Below, in pieces: positions 24,022-37,799 of a stretch of 64,000 bases of DNA; within the stretch, counting starts at the first letter, position 1; each line of letters begins with the position of its first letter. Source of the stretch: Chiloscyllium plagiosum (Eukaryota); contig NC_057719.1 in the NCBI RefSeq assembly GCF_004010195.1, forward strand, positions 358,288 to 422,287, given 5' to 3'. The translations under genes were made by a program, and so were the position numbers. The notes below the pieces were generated by a model. That model made no database searches, was not told the DNA's origin, and worked only from the letters and a program-made list of their open reading frames with translations.

Positions 24022-24545
24022 CTGCAAGGTAAGCAGAATTCAGGAGCTAGTCACGCTTCAAGATGAGATGGTCTTCTGACAAGTCCTAAACTCCCATACT
24101 GACAGCTTTCATGGCCTTTTACATTACAGTCTAATGCTTTGTAAGAAACAGTTACACATTGTTATACACAACTAGCATTGATTAATTGATTAATTTTTAA
24201 ACTATCAATCATTCTCGGAATGTGGGTTTGACTGATAAGGGCAACTTGAGGTGGTGCTGGTGAGCTACCTTCTTCAACACAACCCAATGTCTGCCTCAGC
24301 CATTTTACAGGGTAGTTAAGAGTCAACCCATTGCTGTGGATCTGGAGTGATGCCTCGGCCAGACCAAGATGACAGACTCCCTTTCCTAAAAAGGATATCA
24401 TTTAACCAGAATGGATTTTTATAACAATCTATTTACAAGTAATTGATTATTAAAAAAATGTTATAAGTAACTGAATTTCCCAGCAGCTATGAATGACTTT
24501 GAAATGACGTGTCTGGATCACAATCCAGTAACAGAATCATAGCTC

Positions 24546-24848
24546 AAAGTATGTGAGAAGATTTGCAGCTCGGGTGCTCGTTGTTGTGGTTCTGTTCGCC
24601 GAGCTGGGAATTTGTGTTGCAGACGTTTCGTCCCCGGTCTAGGTGACATCATCAGTGCTTGGGAGCCTCCTGTGAAGTTCTTCTGTGATGTTTCCTCCGG
24701 CATTTATAGTGGTTATAACCACTATAAATGCCGGAGGAAACATCACAGAAGCGCTTCACAGGAGGCTCCCAAACACTGATGATGTCACCTAGACCGGGGA
24801 CGAAACGTCTGCAACACAAATTCCCAGCTCGGCGAACAGAACCACAAT
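24546..24848. mobile_element. Palindromic Penelope-terminal element with a hammerhead motif on each strand
   Basis: Near-perfect 264-bp palindrome 24584-24847 centred on GGTTATAACC; 13-bp TSD AGAATCATAGCTC at 24533-24545 and 24849-24861. Confidence 0.9.
24619..24658 (-). ncRNA. Minimal hammerhead ribozyme motif
   Basis: GCA-CUGAUGA-U-GUCACC-UAGACC-GGGGAC-GAAAC-GUC-UGC; mirror copy on + at 24776-24809. Confidence 0.75.
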
Positions 24849-25299
24849 AGAATCATAGCTCTCGAACCCACTACATAGCAACAAGCAAGACCCAATGCTA
24901 CACATTCCAACTGTGCCTTGGATTGTAGGTAGCTTCATACTGCCTTCTCAAGGGCAACTGGAGATGGGCAATAAATGATGGTCCCAACAGCAACACCCAT
25001 GAATGAATAATAAAAAAAGTGCCAGATCTAAAAGAGCCTGATCCATAGTTGGATTCAAAACATATTGTCCTGGAATATTATGGCTCAGTCACCTAGTGGG
25101 CAAGCAAGGGAGAGGGGGCAAGAGGAGCTGGCCAATTAGCGAGGGAGTGAGAGGCTGCTGGGTTGGAGAGTAAACTAGTGCCAATGAGCAGGCTGGTGAC
25201 TGTGGGCAAATAGACACTCAACACTATCCCAATCATACACTCCAAGAACATGTACAGAGTTAGGAACACAGTAAAGCTGCCTCTACTCTTAAACACTTT

Positions 25300-25445
25300 C
25301 AGTGTTGAAACTGCATTAGATCTGTAGCATCCAAAATGGATCGGTGTTAGATAGAGTAAAGCTCCCTTTACACTGTCGCCATCAAACACTCCCAGGACAG
25401 GGTCAGTACTGGGTTAGATACAGAGTAAAGCTCCCTCTACACCTC
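25300..25445. repeat. Shark-type satellite unit (GTTAGATACAGAGTAAAGCTCCCTCTACAC...), ~2 copies
   Basis: Unit at ~25345 and ~25412; continuation at 26603-26640 beyond the CR1 insertion. Confidence 0.6.
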
Positions 25446-26600
25446 TATACAGTGTGGAAACAGACCCTTCGGTCCAACTAGTCCACGTTGACAATGTTCC
25501 CAAACTAAACTAGTCCCACTTCCCTGTGTTTGGTCCATATCCCTCCAAACCTTTTCTATTTGTGTACTTGATCAAATGTCTTTTAAACTGTACCCACATC
25601 TGTCACTTCCTCTGGCAGTTCATTCCACACACAAACCATTCTGTGTAAAAAAGATGCTCCTCATCCTTTTTAAACCTTTCTCCCCTCACCGTAAGAACAT
25701 GTCCCCCAGTTTTGAACTCCCCCCACCTTATGGAAAAGAGCCTTGCTATTCACCTTATCTCTGCCCCTCATTATTTTTTCATCCCCTATAAGATTACCCC
25801 TCAACCTCTTATGTTCCAGTGAAAACAATCCCAGCCTATTATTATACCTCAAACTCACCTTTTCCCAGCAACATGCTGGTAAATCTTTTCTGAACCCTCC
25901 CCAGTTTAATAATATCCTTTCTATAACAGGGTGACCAGAAGTGCACATAGTACTCGAGAAGAGGCCTCACCAACATCCTGTATAACCTCAACATAACGTC
26001 TCAACTTTTATACTCAATGGTCTGAGCAATAAAGGCAAGCATGTTAAACACCTTCTTAACTACCCTGTTGACTTGTGACACAAATTTCAAAGAATTATGT
26101 ACCTGAACCCTGAGGTCTCTCTGCTCTACAACACTACCCAGGTCCCTGCCATTAATTGTACAAGTTCTGCCCTTGCAATACCTGGCATTTATGCAAATTA
26201 AACTCCATCTGTCATTCCTCAGCCCATTAACCCAATTGATTAAGATCTCTTTGTAATGTTAGATAATCTTGTTCACTATCTACTATATCACCAATTTTGG
26301 TGTCATCCTCAAACTTACTAACCATGCCTCCTATATTCTCATCCAAATCATACATATAAATGACAAACAAAAGTGGTCATCCAAATCATACATATAAATG
26401 ACAAACAAAAGTGGAATCAGCCCCGATTCCTGTGGAACTCTACTAGTCACAGGCCTCAGTTCAAAAACAACCGCCCACCAGCACTCTCTGTCTCCTACCA
26501 TGAAGCCAATTTTGGATCTCACCCTGAAGCCCATGTGATTTAACTTTACTACTTAGTCTACCATGCAAAACCTTATCAAAGGCTTTATTAAAGTCCATGC
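25446..26600 (-). mobile_element. CR1-clade LINE RT/3' end
   Basis: RPVTSRVPQES, RLGLFSLE..RLRGNLI; internal 38-bp tandem duplication ~26339-26414. Confidence 0.85.
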
Positions 26601-26694
26601 TCCATCAAACACTCCCAGGACAGGGACAGCACAAGGTTAGAAACTGACAGAAACCTTCTCTCCAATCTTCTTTCTAATTATTAGTTGCACTTAC

Positions 26695-26845
26695 CTCTCC
26701 CAGGACCTTCTAATGGATCAGCTGGTAACTTTTCTGGCCCCCCGTGGTCAGACTGAATGATCACAGAATCACTGCTGACTTTACGAACCCGGTATGCAGC
26801 AAGTGCTGTTGCAGTTATCTCACACCCTTTATTATCCTTAGCATC
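26695..26845 (-). CDS. TMED8: TMED8 coding exon 4
   Basis: Acceptor tcctttag|, donor GAG|GTAAGT; 151 nt; DAKDNKG...SSDSVIIQSDHGG...GPGR resembles the mammalian TMED8 DIVMIQSEH segment. Confidence 0.85.
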
Positions 26846-28694
26846 CTAAAGGATAACATGAAAAGGTCCATTAAAAGCTGCATGGAATACTTTTACAATC
26901 CAACTCAAAACATCCAAGAATTAGCTCACTTCATAACATTCTTTCCAAAAGCTAGAAAATTCTAGAAGCCACAATAATCCACCTTCTGGGACAGGTCCTA
27001 AAAATAAGCTACCAGTAGGAATTGTACAAATGGTAATGGAGATAATAATGGGACCCGAGGGGCTGAAATCTCTACAGCCTGATGCTTTTTATTCCCAGGG
27101 TATTAAATAAATCACGTAATGAAATTATTGAAGTGTTGATCACCATTTTCCAAACTTTGCCTTGATTCAGAAATTCTGCCTTTTGAATTTGGAATAGTAA
27201 ACATCACCCCGGCATTTTAGAACACAGAGCGAAATCACACAAGTACCGATATGTCAGCTTAACATTAACATTAGGGAAGTTAGCCCATCAAGGATCAAGA
27301 GTCTGAAAATTCACAGAAGTAGAGATTTAACTTATTTACAAAGTACATGACATCTCAGAATAGGAGATGGTGTATCATCCATGGATGCTTGTATAATTCT
27401 AGTCTTCCAGCTATGGGAAAGATGTTGTTAAACTTGACAGGTTTCAAAAAAGATTTACAAGGATGTTGCTGGAGTTGGAGGGTTTGAGCTATGGGGAGAG
27501 GCTGAACAGGTTGGGACTTTTATCCCTGCAGCGTTGGAGGTTGAGGGGTGACATTAGAGAGGTTTATAAAATCACAAAAGGCCTGGATAAGGTGAATAGC
27601 CAAGGTCTTTTCCCCAAAAACTAGACTGCATAGGCTAAGGTGAAAGGGGAAGATTTAAAAAGGACCTGAGGTGCAACTTTTTGACGCAGAGGGGGTGGGT
27701 GTATGGAATGAGCTACCAGAGGAAGTGGTGGAGGCTGGTACAATTATAGCATTTAAAAAGGCATCTGGATAGGTATATGAATAGGAAGGATCTAGAGTAA
27801 TATGGGCCAATGCTGGCAGATGGAACTAGATTAAGTTAGGATATCTGGTCCAAAGTTGGACCAAAGGGTCTGTTTCCGTGCTGTAGGACTCCATGAGTCA
27901 GGAGTGTGGAAACCATTTCCCCAGACCATTAGCCTGGGCCTCTGGATCACTGGTCCATCAACATTACCATTATGCTATGGTCTCCCTCGTTATTAATTAG
28001 GCTCCTCATAAGATTATGAGCAAAACCTGCGACACAACATTGGAGCAAACTCTGCAGCAGGACTTTGAAGGTAATTGAGCTTTTGGGAGTTAGATCAAAG
28101 ATGACAGAAGCTTTCTTTGACAGGAGTTACTCATAAAAGTCTTGGCTTTTGTTGTAAATGTTTTAAATGAATGAACAGTGTTATGAACTCATGTTTACAA
28201 ATGGCAGAAGTTGCAACCACGGTAAATTGTATAGATAGAATCAGAAAATATACAGTGATGTTCCTCATGGTTCAGGACAAGGAGCAGTGCAGTTTTTGAT
28301 ATATATTGACTTGGACTTGGGGACCACGTGCTTTATAAATAGAAGCACACAGTGAGAGGGTGAGAAAATTATGTTAACCTTTCATAAAATATCACCTTGG
28401 CACCATTTGGAGGACTGTGTCCAATTGTTTCAGAAGGGCTTTGCAAAGAACATAGAAAGGACTTTACTGAATCAGTTCCAAGCTGGGGGGTTAGTTATAT
28501 GGGGAGATGACAGAAACTGCAGCTGGTCTCAGAGGGAGTTGGAATGAGGTTTTTAAAATCATGACATTTTTCGACAAGAGTAAACGAAAAGGAACTGTTT
28601 CCAATGGAAGGAAGACTGGGAACTAGATATCACAAACTTGGAGTGACAGAACATTTATTACAGCAAATAACATTAATTTACAAATACCTAAAGG

Positions 28695-29112
28695 AGCTGA
28701 GCTGCAAGGTTCATTTCCAGATGTTTCGTTACCCTACTAGGTAACATAGTCAATGGGCCTCAGGTGAAGCAGTGCTGAAAATTCCTGCTTTCTATTTATG
28801 TTTGGGTTTCTTTGGGTTGGTGATGTCATTTCCTGTGGTGATGTTATTTCTTGGTGAAGTCATTTCCTGTTCCTTTTCTCAGGAGTGGTAAATGGGGTCT
28901 AACTCGATGCGTTTGTTGATAGAGTTCCGGTTGGAATGCCATGCATCTCGGAATTCTCGTGTGTGTCTCTGTTTGGCTTGTCCTAGGAGGGATGTGTTGT
29001 CCCAGTCGAAGTGGTGTCCTTCCTCATCCATATGTGAGGAAACTAGTGAGAGAGGGTCGTGTCTTTGTGTGACATGACCCTCTCTCACTAATATCCTCAC
29101 ATACAGATGAGA
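28695..29112 (-). mobile_element. Penelope-like GIY-YIG 3' fragment with short inversion
   Basis: HDPLSLVSSH..FDWDNTSLLGQAKQRHTREF. Confidence 0.8.
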
Positions 29113-30290
29113 AGAGCAAGTGCAGACTCAAAAAGCCAAGCAACTTCTGCTCAATGATTCTAAGGGACATACACTAACTAAGTCATTGGACAAAGCTGTG
29201 ACAGATGGACCTCATTGCACAGGTGTGTAAACTTTTTTGACTTTGAATCCAACAAAATTAAACCAACATTTTCTTCAGAGAGAGACAATGAGCTGAGGAG
29301 GAACAAGTGGATTTAGGCAAGCAAATACATAAATCACCAAAAATTAGCCTAATAGCCCATCCACCAAGAGGGCTGGCATACATAACATGGAAAAATGATG
29401 CTTCCATTGCAGAGCTCAGAACTGGGCAATGCTTTCAGAAAGGTTATGCCTTGGGAGAGGCTACACTGCAGATTCAACACAATGATTCCAGGAATAAAGA
29501 TTCAATTACAAACACTGATTGTACAGACTGGACCCATATAGGTCAGATGTCCAAAATCTGCAGTCTGAGAAATGAAATTGTCTGAAAACTGGGAATTTTT
29601 TTTAATCCCCATCAAGAGATCTTGGCACCACTCTTGTAACAGAGTAAACAGTCCACACAGGACCTGAGCCCATTGCAGCGCAGTAACATCTGCTCTGGTC
29701 TTCAGGAGTGAAGAGGAAGTACTCAGGAGGCTTGTGCATTCTGAAACCCCTCTCCCTCAAAAAGGCTGCGGAGGCTGAGGGTCAACTGGAGCTCTCAAGA
29801 TTCAGAAACAATGTTTCCTTATAAAAGGAATGTGATTTAATGTGGAACACCAAGATCATGGGAGATGCTACAGTAATATAAACCTTTCTTTGAAATTTTG
29901 CTGTTATAATTTAGAAATGCAACAGACAATTTGTACATAGAAAGTCCCACTAACAGCAATTGGAAGAGAGCCAGATATTCTATTTTTAAAAATGCTGGCT
30001 TTAAACATTGATCAAGGCAACAAGGGAATGCCTAGTTTAAAAGTGGTTTTGAGAACCTTTTACATCCAACTGGGAAAGCAGAAGGAGACCCAGTTTAACA
30101 TTTCATCCAGCACCTCTGACAAGTTCCCACTCCCTCAATACTGTGCAAGCAGTGTCAGGTGAGATTCTTGGCTGCTGTCTCTGCAGTGGGCTTGCACACC
30201 TGCTTGGCTGTTCCATTAAGTATTGAACTAAGAATCATACTGAGAATATGAGGCTACGTAAAGAAAGTTACATGGGATCCAAGTACACAC

Positions 30291-30420
30291 CTGTTGTAGT
30301 TGCTCATCTTCTGCCTCCATTGTCTGTCCCAGTGGAATTTTGGAACTTTCTCTAGAATTGCCTTGTGTTTCTTCAGTCACCAGCCTTGCATTCTGTGGTC
30401 TCTCACGAGAAAAACACATT
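30291..30420 (-). CDS. TMED8: TMED8 coding exon 3
   Basis: Open frame MCFSRERPQNARLVTEE...EDEQLQQ; donor CAG|GTGTGT; acceptor ttttgagtaag|A gives the required phase 2 in, phase 0 out; 5' boundary less certain. Confidence 0.65.
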
Positions 30421-31979
30421 CTTACTCAAAAATATTAAACTCAACAGTTGCTGCACCCTGCCTGCATTCCACCTGACCTCCTGGCACTGCAGAGTGCCAG
30501 ACAAGAATAATTTACAATTCTGACCCAGGACCATGGAATAAGTGCAGCCCTTGGTGTGAAATGGAGATGGAGATTCAGAAAAGCCTAAGGGTTTAATTCA
30601 CACTCTGCTCAGAGAGATGATTTCAATTGTGCAGCCAAAGAAAACAGGTCCTGAGCTACAACTATTTGGAATATCGTGAGCAGTTCTGGACCCTGTATGT
30701 AATGAAGGATGCGTTGGAAGAAGTCCAAATGAGGTTCACAAGAATAATCCCAGGAAGGAAGGGTTTGTCACATGAGGAGAGGTTGAGGATTCTGGGTCTA
30801 TACTCGATGCTGTTCAGAAGGATAAAGGGGCTTCTCATTGTTTTATTCTCTCAGTATTCTGCAAGTTTCAAAAAAACTGTGGCTGCTAGAGATCTGAAAC
30901 AAAAACAAATTGCCAGAGAAACTCAGCAGGTCTAGCAGCATCTGTGGGATGAAAACAGAGCTAGCATTTTGAGTACAGCTCCATGTCTGAACAACTCAGA
31001 CACATGCCCGAATTCAAAAGGCTGAAGTACAAGTGAAACCCAAATCTACAGACATGGAGTGGAATCTGGCCACGAAAATGAAAGGCATTGGCAACAAGTC
31101 AATGCACCCATCCCTAGTAAATAATATTTTAAAAAACAAGAGAGATACTGGCTGCTGGGAGTTGCACAATTCTGCTAATGAGAATGCAACAATCCTCCCA
31201 GTGACTACTCTCAAAGGGGATGATCCTTCAGCCAGTCGAGAGAACATTGCCATAATTACAGTAAAATGGAGTAAATTAGCATCCACTTAAACAGCTCATT
31301 GCACGCTGTCACTTTCAGAAGCACATCTGCTACCACATTGCCCCTTCTGGCTGCATTATGTCTCCCACCATCAATTAACCCCAAGACGACAACATTCCTC
31401 AATCACAGCTGAGGCTATTCTAGTGAGCAACACAGAATTTTTCCACAAACTCCTGCATGCTCAAATACAGAATTCAGCTCAAATCCCCCACCCTGTTATC
31501 TCTTTACACCTGACTGCGTGCAACAGATCTCTTGGGTGTACGGACTTACTTGGGGTGAGGCAGGAATCTGAGGGGGTGGCCGGGGGGGCAGATCAGGGTC
31601 ATGGACCAGGATGCATTCTCTGTGTGCAGTGGCCCACTGGGGGGGGGAGGGGGTGGCCGGGGGGACAGATCAGGGTCATGGACCGGGATGCATTCTCTGT
31701 GTGCAGTGACACTGATCATAGCAAAAAGCTGTAGCCCTTTGTTAACGAAGAACTCAGGATTATAGAGCTAAGTAGCAGATAGAGAAATCTGGATCAACAT
31801 ACAGATAGGCACCTTATTTGGAGGAAGTATTAGAAGGTGTTCATCTTCCAGACAATGGTTAGCACCTTCAGTAGGTGGTGGACTCAGTGGGAAGAAAGGA
31901 GTAAAATAGTTGGCCGTAATACAATGTTCATGCAACACAAGTGACGTTATTGTACAAGACAGAGCTCACAATATTGGGA

Positions 31980-33380
31980 GAAATGTATTAGCATGGATTG
32001 AAAATTGGCTAACACAGAAGAGAATCTGTATAAATGGGTCTTTTTCAGGTTGGACTGCCACAGGTTCATACAAGAGGCATTAATTATTTACTATCTACAT
32101 GAATGATTTGGAGGAGTGGGCAGTGCGCTAAAGATACAAAAATAGTTGTGACAGCATGCTTTGTTGAGAACATAAGGAATCTTAAGGGGATATAGATAGG
32201 GTTAGGTGTGTGGACACAAACTTGGAGTTTGATGTAGGAAAACATGACATTGTGTTCTTTATCAGGAAGAATCAAAAGCAGACTATTACTTAAATGGAGA
32301 GACACTTTTAAAAAAAAAAAGACGTTCCTGAGTATGAGTCACGAAAGATTTGCCTGTAGGTACAGCAAGTAATTAAGAAGGAACTTTGGCCTTCAATAAT
32401 TGAGGTGTGGAGTTTAAAAATAGTGAAGTCTTGTTACAACTTTACAGCGTATTGGAGGGGTGACATCTGAAATACTGTATACAGTTTGAACTCCATATTT
32501 TAAAAAGGGGATACTAGCATTGGAGGCTGTTCAGAAGAGATTCACAAGTTGATATTTCCATTGGTGTGGGGACAGGATTACTGCAAAAGGAGACCTTCAT
32601 TTAAAACCGAGATGCAAAGGAATTTCTTCTCCCAGAGGTTAGTGAGCGTCTGGAATTTTCTATCCTAGAATTTGGAAGCTAGATCAGTGGAAGTATTTAA
32701 GAGGCGGTAGATTCATCTTATCTATAGTCCTCATGATTTTATAAACCTCTAGAAGGTCATCCCTCAACTTCCTACACTACAGTGAAAAATGTTCCAGCCT
32801 CTCCCTATAATTCAAACCTTTCAGTCCCAGCAAAATCCTGGAAAACCTTTTCTGAACCCAAGCCAATTTAATAATACCCTTCCTATAGTTGGCACCAGCA
32901 CTGTGCACAGTACTCCAAAAGTGGCCTCACCAACATCCTGTATAATCACAACATGATATCCCAACTCCTATACTCAAAGATCTGAACAATGAAGGCAAGA
33001 GTACTAAATGCCTTCTTAACCACCCTACCTGGGACACAAATTTCAAAGAATTACGTACCTGTAGATTAATTTAGGATATGGATGTGTTAGACCAAAGGGT
33101 CTGTTTGCATGCTGTACATCTCTATGAACCCCCGGTCTCTCTGTTCGAAAACACTGTATAAGTTCTACCTTGTTTGACTTACCAAAAATGTAACACCTTG
33201 CATTTGTCTAAATTGAACTCCATCTGCCACTCCTCAGCCCATTGGCCCAACTGATCAAGATCGCTTTTTAATCTCAGATAGCCTTCTTCACTGTCCACTA
33301 TACCAACGTTTTTGGTGTCATCTGCAAATGTACTAAACATGCTTCCTAAATTCTCATCCACATCACTTATATAAATGACA
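31980..33380. mobile_element. Two decayed CR1 fragments in opposite orientations
   Basis: FADDTK..WQMEFNLDKCKVLHF on - (33179-33361); degenerate CR1 RT on + before ~32710. Confidence 0.7.
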
Positions 33381-33602
33381 ACCTACAATACTTCACAGGA
33401 ACATGATCAAACCCAGCATGATACGGAGCCCCATAAGGATGCAAGATAAATGTATGGAGGGAGAGAGTAATAGCAGGATACAGGAACACAGAGCATAATA
33501 ACTTGTAAAAGAACATGAGTAAAGCATATACCTCAACATGGGCCACCTAGGTGAAATTATTTGTTTTTTTGGGTTGTAACTCTCCCATTGCTAATTTATT
33601 AC

Positions 33603-33705
33603 CTGTTTCCGGGCTCCATCTGGCACTTCTCACTTTCCTCTGACACGCGCAGGCTGGACAGTTGCGAGGTCATGTCAGCCTCAGAATTCTGCTCAGGTTC
33701 TGCAT
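33603..33705 (-). CDS. TMED8: TMED8 coding exon 2
   Basis: Acceptor tttattttag|, donor CAG|GTAAT; 103 nt open in phase 1 (DAEPEQNSEADMTSQLSSLRVSEESEKCQMEPGN); ends phase 2. Confidence 0.75.
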
Positions 33706-35259
33706 CTAAAATAAATTTTTAATTTATATTGAGTGCAATGGCATAAATACATGACTAAAGTAAATGCGATGAGGAAAAATGAAGGTGACTAAGTTCAGAG
33801 CCTGTGGTGATCATTGTCAACACCCATTACTTACAGAAAGGACAAGGAGAAAGTAAGGACACCACAAGATTCTAACTGAACTACAGAGGTTGAAACGAGA
33901 TACAGAGGGATTTAGCTGTCCCACTGCTTGAACCACTAAAGGTTACACAAACAGGTATAGCAAGTCTAAGCAAATAGAATGTAGTTGTTCATTGTGGGAG
34001 AATTGCACCCACTGCAGTTTAGAAGAATAAGAGGGAACTTGATTGAAGAATATAAGATCCTAAGGCGTTTTGACAGGGTGGATGTGGTGAGGACAATTCC
34101 TGTCCTGGGAATATCTAGAACTAAGGGACTCTTTCAAAGTTAAGGATCACCCTTTCAGAACAGAGATGTGGCAGATTTTCCCCAAGGGGGTCTTGAGCCT
34201 TTGGAACTCTCTTCCTCAAAAGCCAGTGAAAGCAGAGACCTTGAATATTTTAAAGGCTGAACTAGATCACAGAGAGAGAGATTCTTAGAATAGGCAAGAA
34301 CATGGAGTAGGAGAAGGAGGGCTTATGCCCAAAACGTCGATTCTCCTGCTCCTCGGATATTGCCTGGCCTGCTGCACTTTTCCAGCACTACACTTTTCAA
34401 CTCAGGAACATGGAGTAATCAGATAGCTACAACCTTATTGAACTGGGGGGAAAGGGGGGTGGAGGTGGTGGTGGAAGAGATAGGCTCGAAGGGTATGTAC
34501 ATCAAAAGGTTTTTAATAAATAAGGTTAATAACAATTGGGAATTATGCTGTATAAAAGAGAATGAAGTGCAAAGAAAAAGAAAGAGAAAGATAAGCATGT
34601 AACAAGGAACCCATTTCTCTCAGATTGAAAAGAATTCTTCGAGTTAGCATCTGTTGTTTTTGCTGTGAGTGTTTCGCACTTCGAGCATCCTTTGCATGAA
34701 GTGGCACTTTCTAATTACTCTTCTCCATGGCCTGGCTCTGATTTTCTTCCTCAGGCCTTAACTGCCCACTAAGCAGACAGGTTTTTGATTTTAAAACCAT
34801 CTTTCATGAGATATAAAGTATCACTGGTAAATCTGGTATTCATTGTCCAACCCCAACTGCCTTTAAGGAAGTGATGGTGAGCCACAAATTTCCCTTGTTC
34901 GCACTTTACAATCCGGAAAAAACTCCATCACATTATCTCCCATATCGCAGGGTTCATAAAGTCCAGTACAATAAACCTAGCTCCTCACCAATCAGAGCCA
35001 GAAGTGACATAGCTACAACTAATCCTCACCACATCAACTTAAAATTATAAACAAAACCGGAGCTGTTTTTGTGATGTGAACATTTTTAGGGCTATAATTC
35101 CCAGGTGAAACACTGGCAATAACAACAGTTAATTTAAAGCTAGAAGAAAGAACCACTCAAGCAGCATTACGACCTATTACACAGTATTGGCTTACAGCCA
35201 CATTATTTCTGAGTACAGTTATCCAAAGAGACAAAAACAAGATAGTGGAGACAGCGAGA

Positions 35260-36630
35260 CTAGAGTCAGAGATGTACAGCATGGAAACAGACCCTTCGGT
35301 CCAACCCGTCCATGCTGACCAGATATCCCAACCCAATATAGTCCCGCCTGCCAGCACCCAGCCCATATCCCTCCAAACTCTTCCTATTCATATACCCATC
35401 CAAATGCCTCTTAAATGTTGCAATTATACCAGCCTCCACCACTTCCTCTGGCAGCTCATTCCATACACGTACCACTGTGTGAAAACGTTGCCCCTTAGGT
35501 CTCTTTTATATCTTTCCCCTCTCACCCTAAACCTATGACCTCGAGTTCTGGACTCCCCCACCCCAGGAAAATACTTTGCCTATTTACCCTATCCATGCCC
35601 CTTATAATTTTGTAAACCTCTCTGAGGTCACCCCTCAGCCTCCGACGCTCCACGGAAAACAGCCCCAGCCTGTTCGGCTTCTCCCTGTAGCTCAATTCCT
35701 CTAACCCTGGCAACATCCTTGTACATCTTTTCTGAACCTTTTCAAGTTTCACAACATCTTTCCAATAGGAAGGAGACCACAATTGCACACAATATTCCAA
35801 GAGTGGCCTAACCAATATCCTGTACAGACCAACATGACCTCCCAACTCCTGTACTCAATACTCTGACCAATAAACAAAAGCATACCAAGTGCTTTCTTCA
35901 CTATCCTATCTACCTGCCACTCCACTTTCAAGAAGCTATGAACCTGCACTCCAAGGTCTCTTTGTTCAGCAACACTCCCTAGGACTTTAGCATTAAGTGT
36001 ATAAGTCCTGCTAAGATTTGCTTTCCCAAAATGCGGCACCTCTCATTTATCTGAATTAACTCCATCTGCCACTTCTCGGCCCATTGGCCCACCTGCTCCA
36101 AGATCCCGTTGTAATGTGAGGTAACCCTCTTTGCTGTCCATTACACCTCCAATTTTGGTGTCACCTGCAAACTTACTAACTATATCTCTTATGCTCGCAT
36201 CCAAATCATTTATGTAAATGACAAAAAGTAGAGGACCTAGCACCGATCCTTGTGGCACTTCGCTGGTCACAGGCCTCCAGTCTGAAAAACAACCCTCCAC
36301 CACCACCCTCTGTCTTCTACCTTTGTGCCAGTTCTGTATCCAAATGGCTAGTTCTCCCTATATCCCATGAGATCTAACCTTGCTAATCAGTCTCCCATGG
36401 GGAACCTTTTCAAACGCCTCACTGAAATCCATATAGATCATATATACCGCTTTGCCCTCATCAATCCTCTTGGTTACTTCCTCAAATCAAGTTTGTGAGA
36501 CATGATTTCCCATGCACAAAGCCAAGCTGACTATCCCTAATCAGTCTTTGAGTTTCCAAATACATGTACATCCTGTCCCTCAGGATTCCCTCCAACAACT
36601 TGCCCACCACCGAAGTCAGGCTCACTGGTC
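35260..36630 (-). mobile_element. CR1-clade LINE RT and 3' end, relatively young
   Basis: SDWRPVTSEVPQGSVLGPLLF, QRDLGV, LEYCVQ, RLRGDL. Confidence 0.92.
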
Positions 36631-37799
36631 TACCTTGCCCTTACAGTGGCACCACGTTAGTCAACCTGCGAAAGCAAAGATTATTTTGCCTCGAAATGAT
36701 TCAGAAGAAATTCAACAAATGACAATTATGACAGCTTTAACTATAAAGTATTAATAAGGAGAAAAAGTTTCTAGTGCCGAGGATTCGGAACCACGAAACA
36801 CAGATGTAAAACAGTTGATGTGACATCCATGGGAGAGAAGGAAATATTTTTTACTGTATAGAAATGCCATGTGTTTTGAATATGGGACACACTGCCTTAA
36901 GGGGTGCTGGAAACAGAAACGTTCAAAAACAGAATTGGACGAAGGAAGTGAAAAATCGGAGGGTCACGGGACAAGATTATACTGGGACCAATCAAATAAC
37001 TCTCACACAGCAGCACTGACATGATGTCTTACTCTATATAGTAATACCAAAATACTTACTTTAAACTCCGATATTTACAGAACAGAAGAAGGAGGCCATT
37101 TGGCCCATTGTATCTGCACCAGTCAACAAAGATCTGATTACACTTGGAACACTCCGCCACAAATGGCAGTGGATTCTGGATCAGGTGCTAATTTTAAATC
37201 GGAGGTAGATAAATTATTGGTAAAGAAAGGTATTAGGTCACAGATCAGCTTTTCACCCAAACCCCAGAGGTTATGGCAACACTAGTGAATACATGAATAC
37301 TGTTTAAATGTTACAAGAGTTTCTGATTCAACCAGCCTTTCAGGCAGTGTCCCATATTCAAAACACATGGCATTTCTACACAGTACAAAATATTTCCTTC
37401 TCTCCCATGGATGTCACATCAACTGTTTTACATCTGTGTTTCGAGGTTCAGAATCCCACAACCTACCTTGGTGAAAACATTTCTCCTCAATTCACCTCTT
37501 AGCCTTTTTAGATTTTACTTTAACTTTATGCCTATGGTATTGACCCCTCCTCTAATGAAAACATGCCTTCCTATTCAGGCCCCTCATAATCTTAGACACT
37601 TCTATCTAGCCCTCTTGCAAGCTCTGTTGCTCTAAAGTAAACAATCCCATCCTATCTAATAACTTTCCTTATAATTCTGACCTTCCAGCCCCGACAGCAT
37701 ACTAGTAAATCCCCTCGTACAATTACACCCTTCCTATAATGTGGTGACCAGAACTGCATGCAGTACTCCAGTTGTGACCAGACCAGTATTTTATACAGG

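Noticed and set aside
34610-34770. Possible extra TMED8 exon after a cttag acceptor
   Set aside because: Stops in all three frames; the six-exon model is phase-consistent without it
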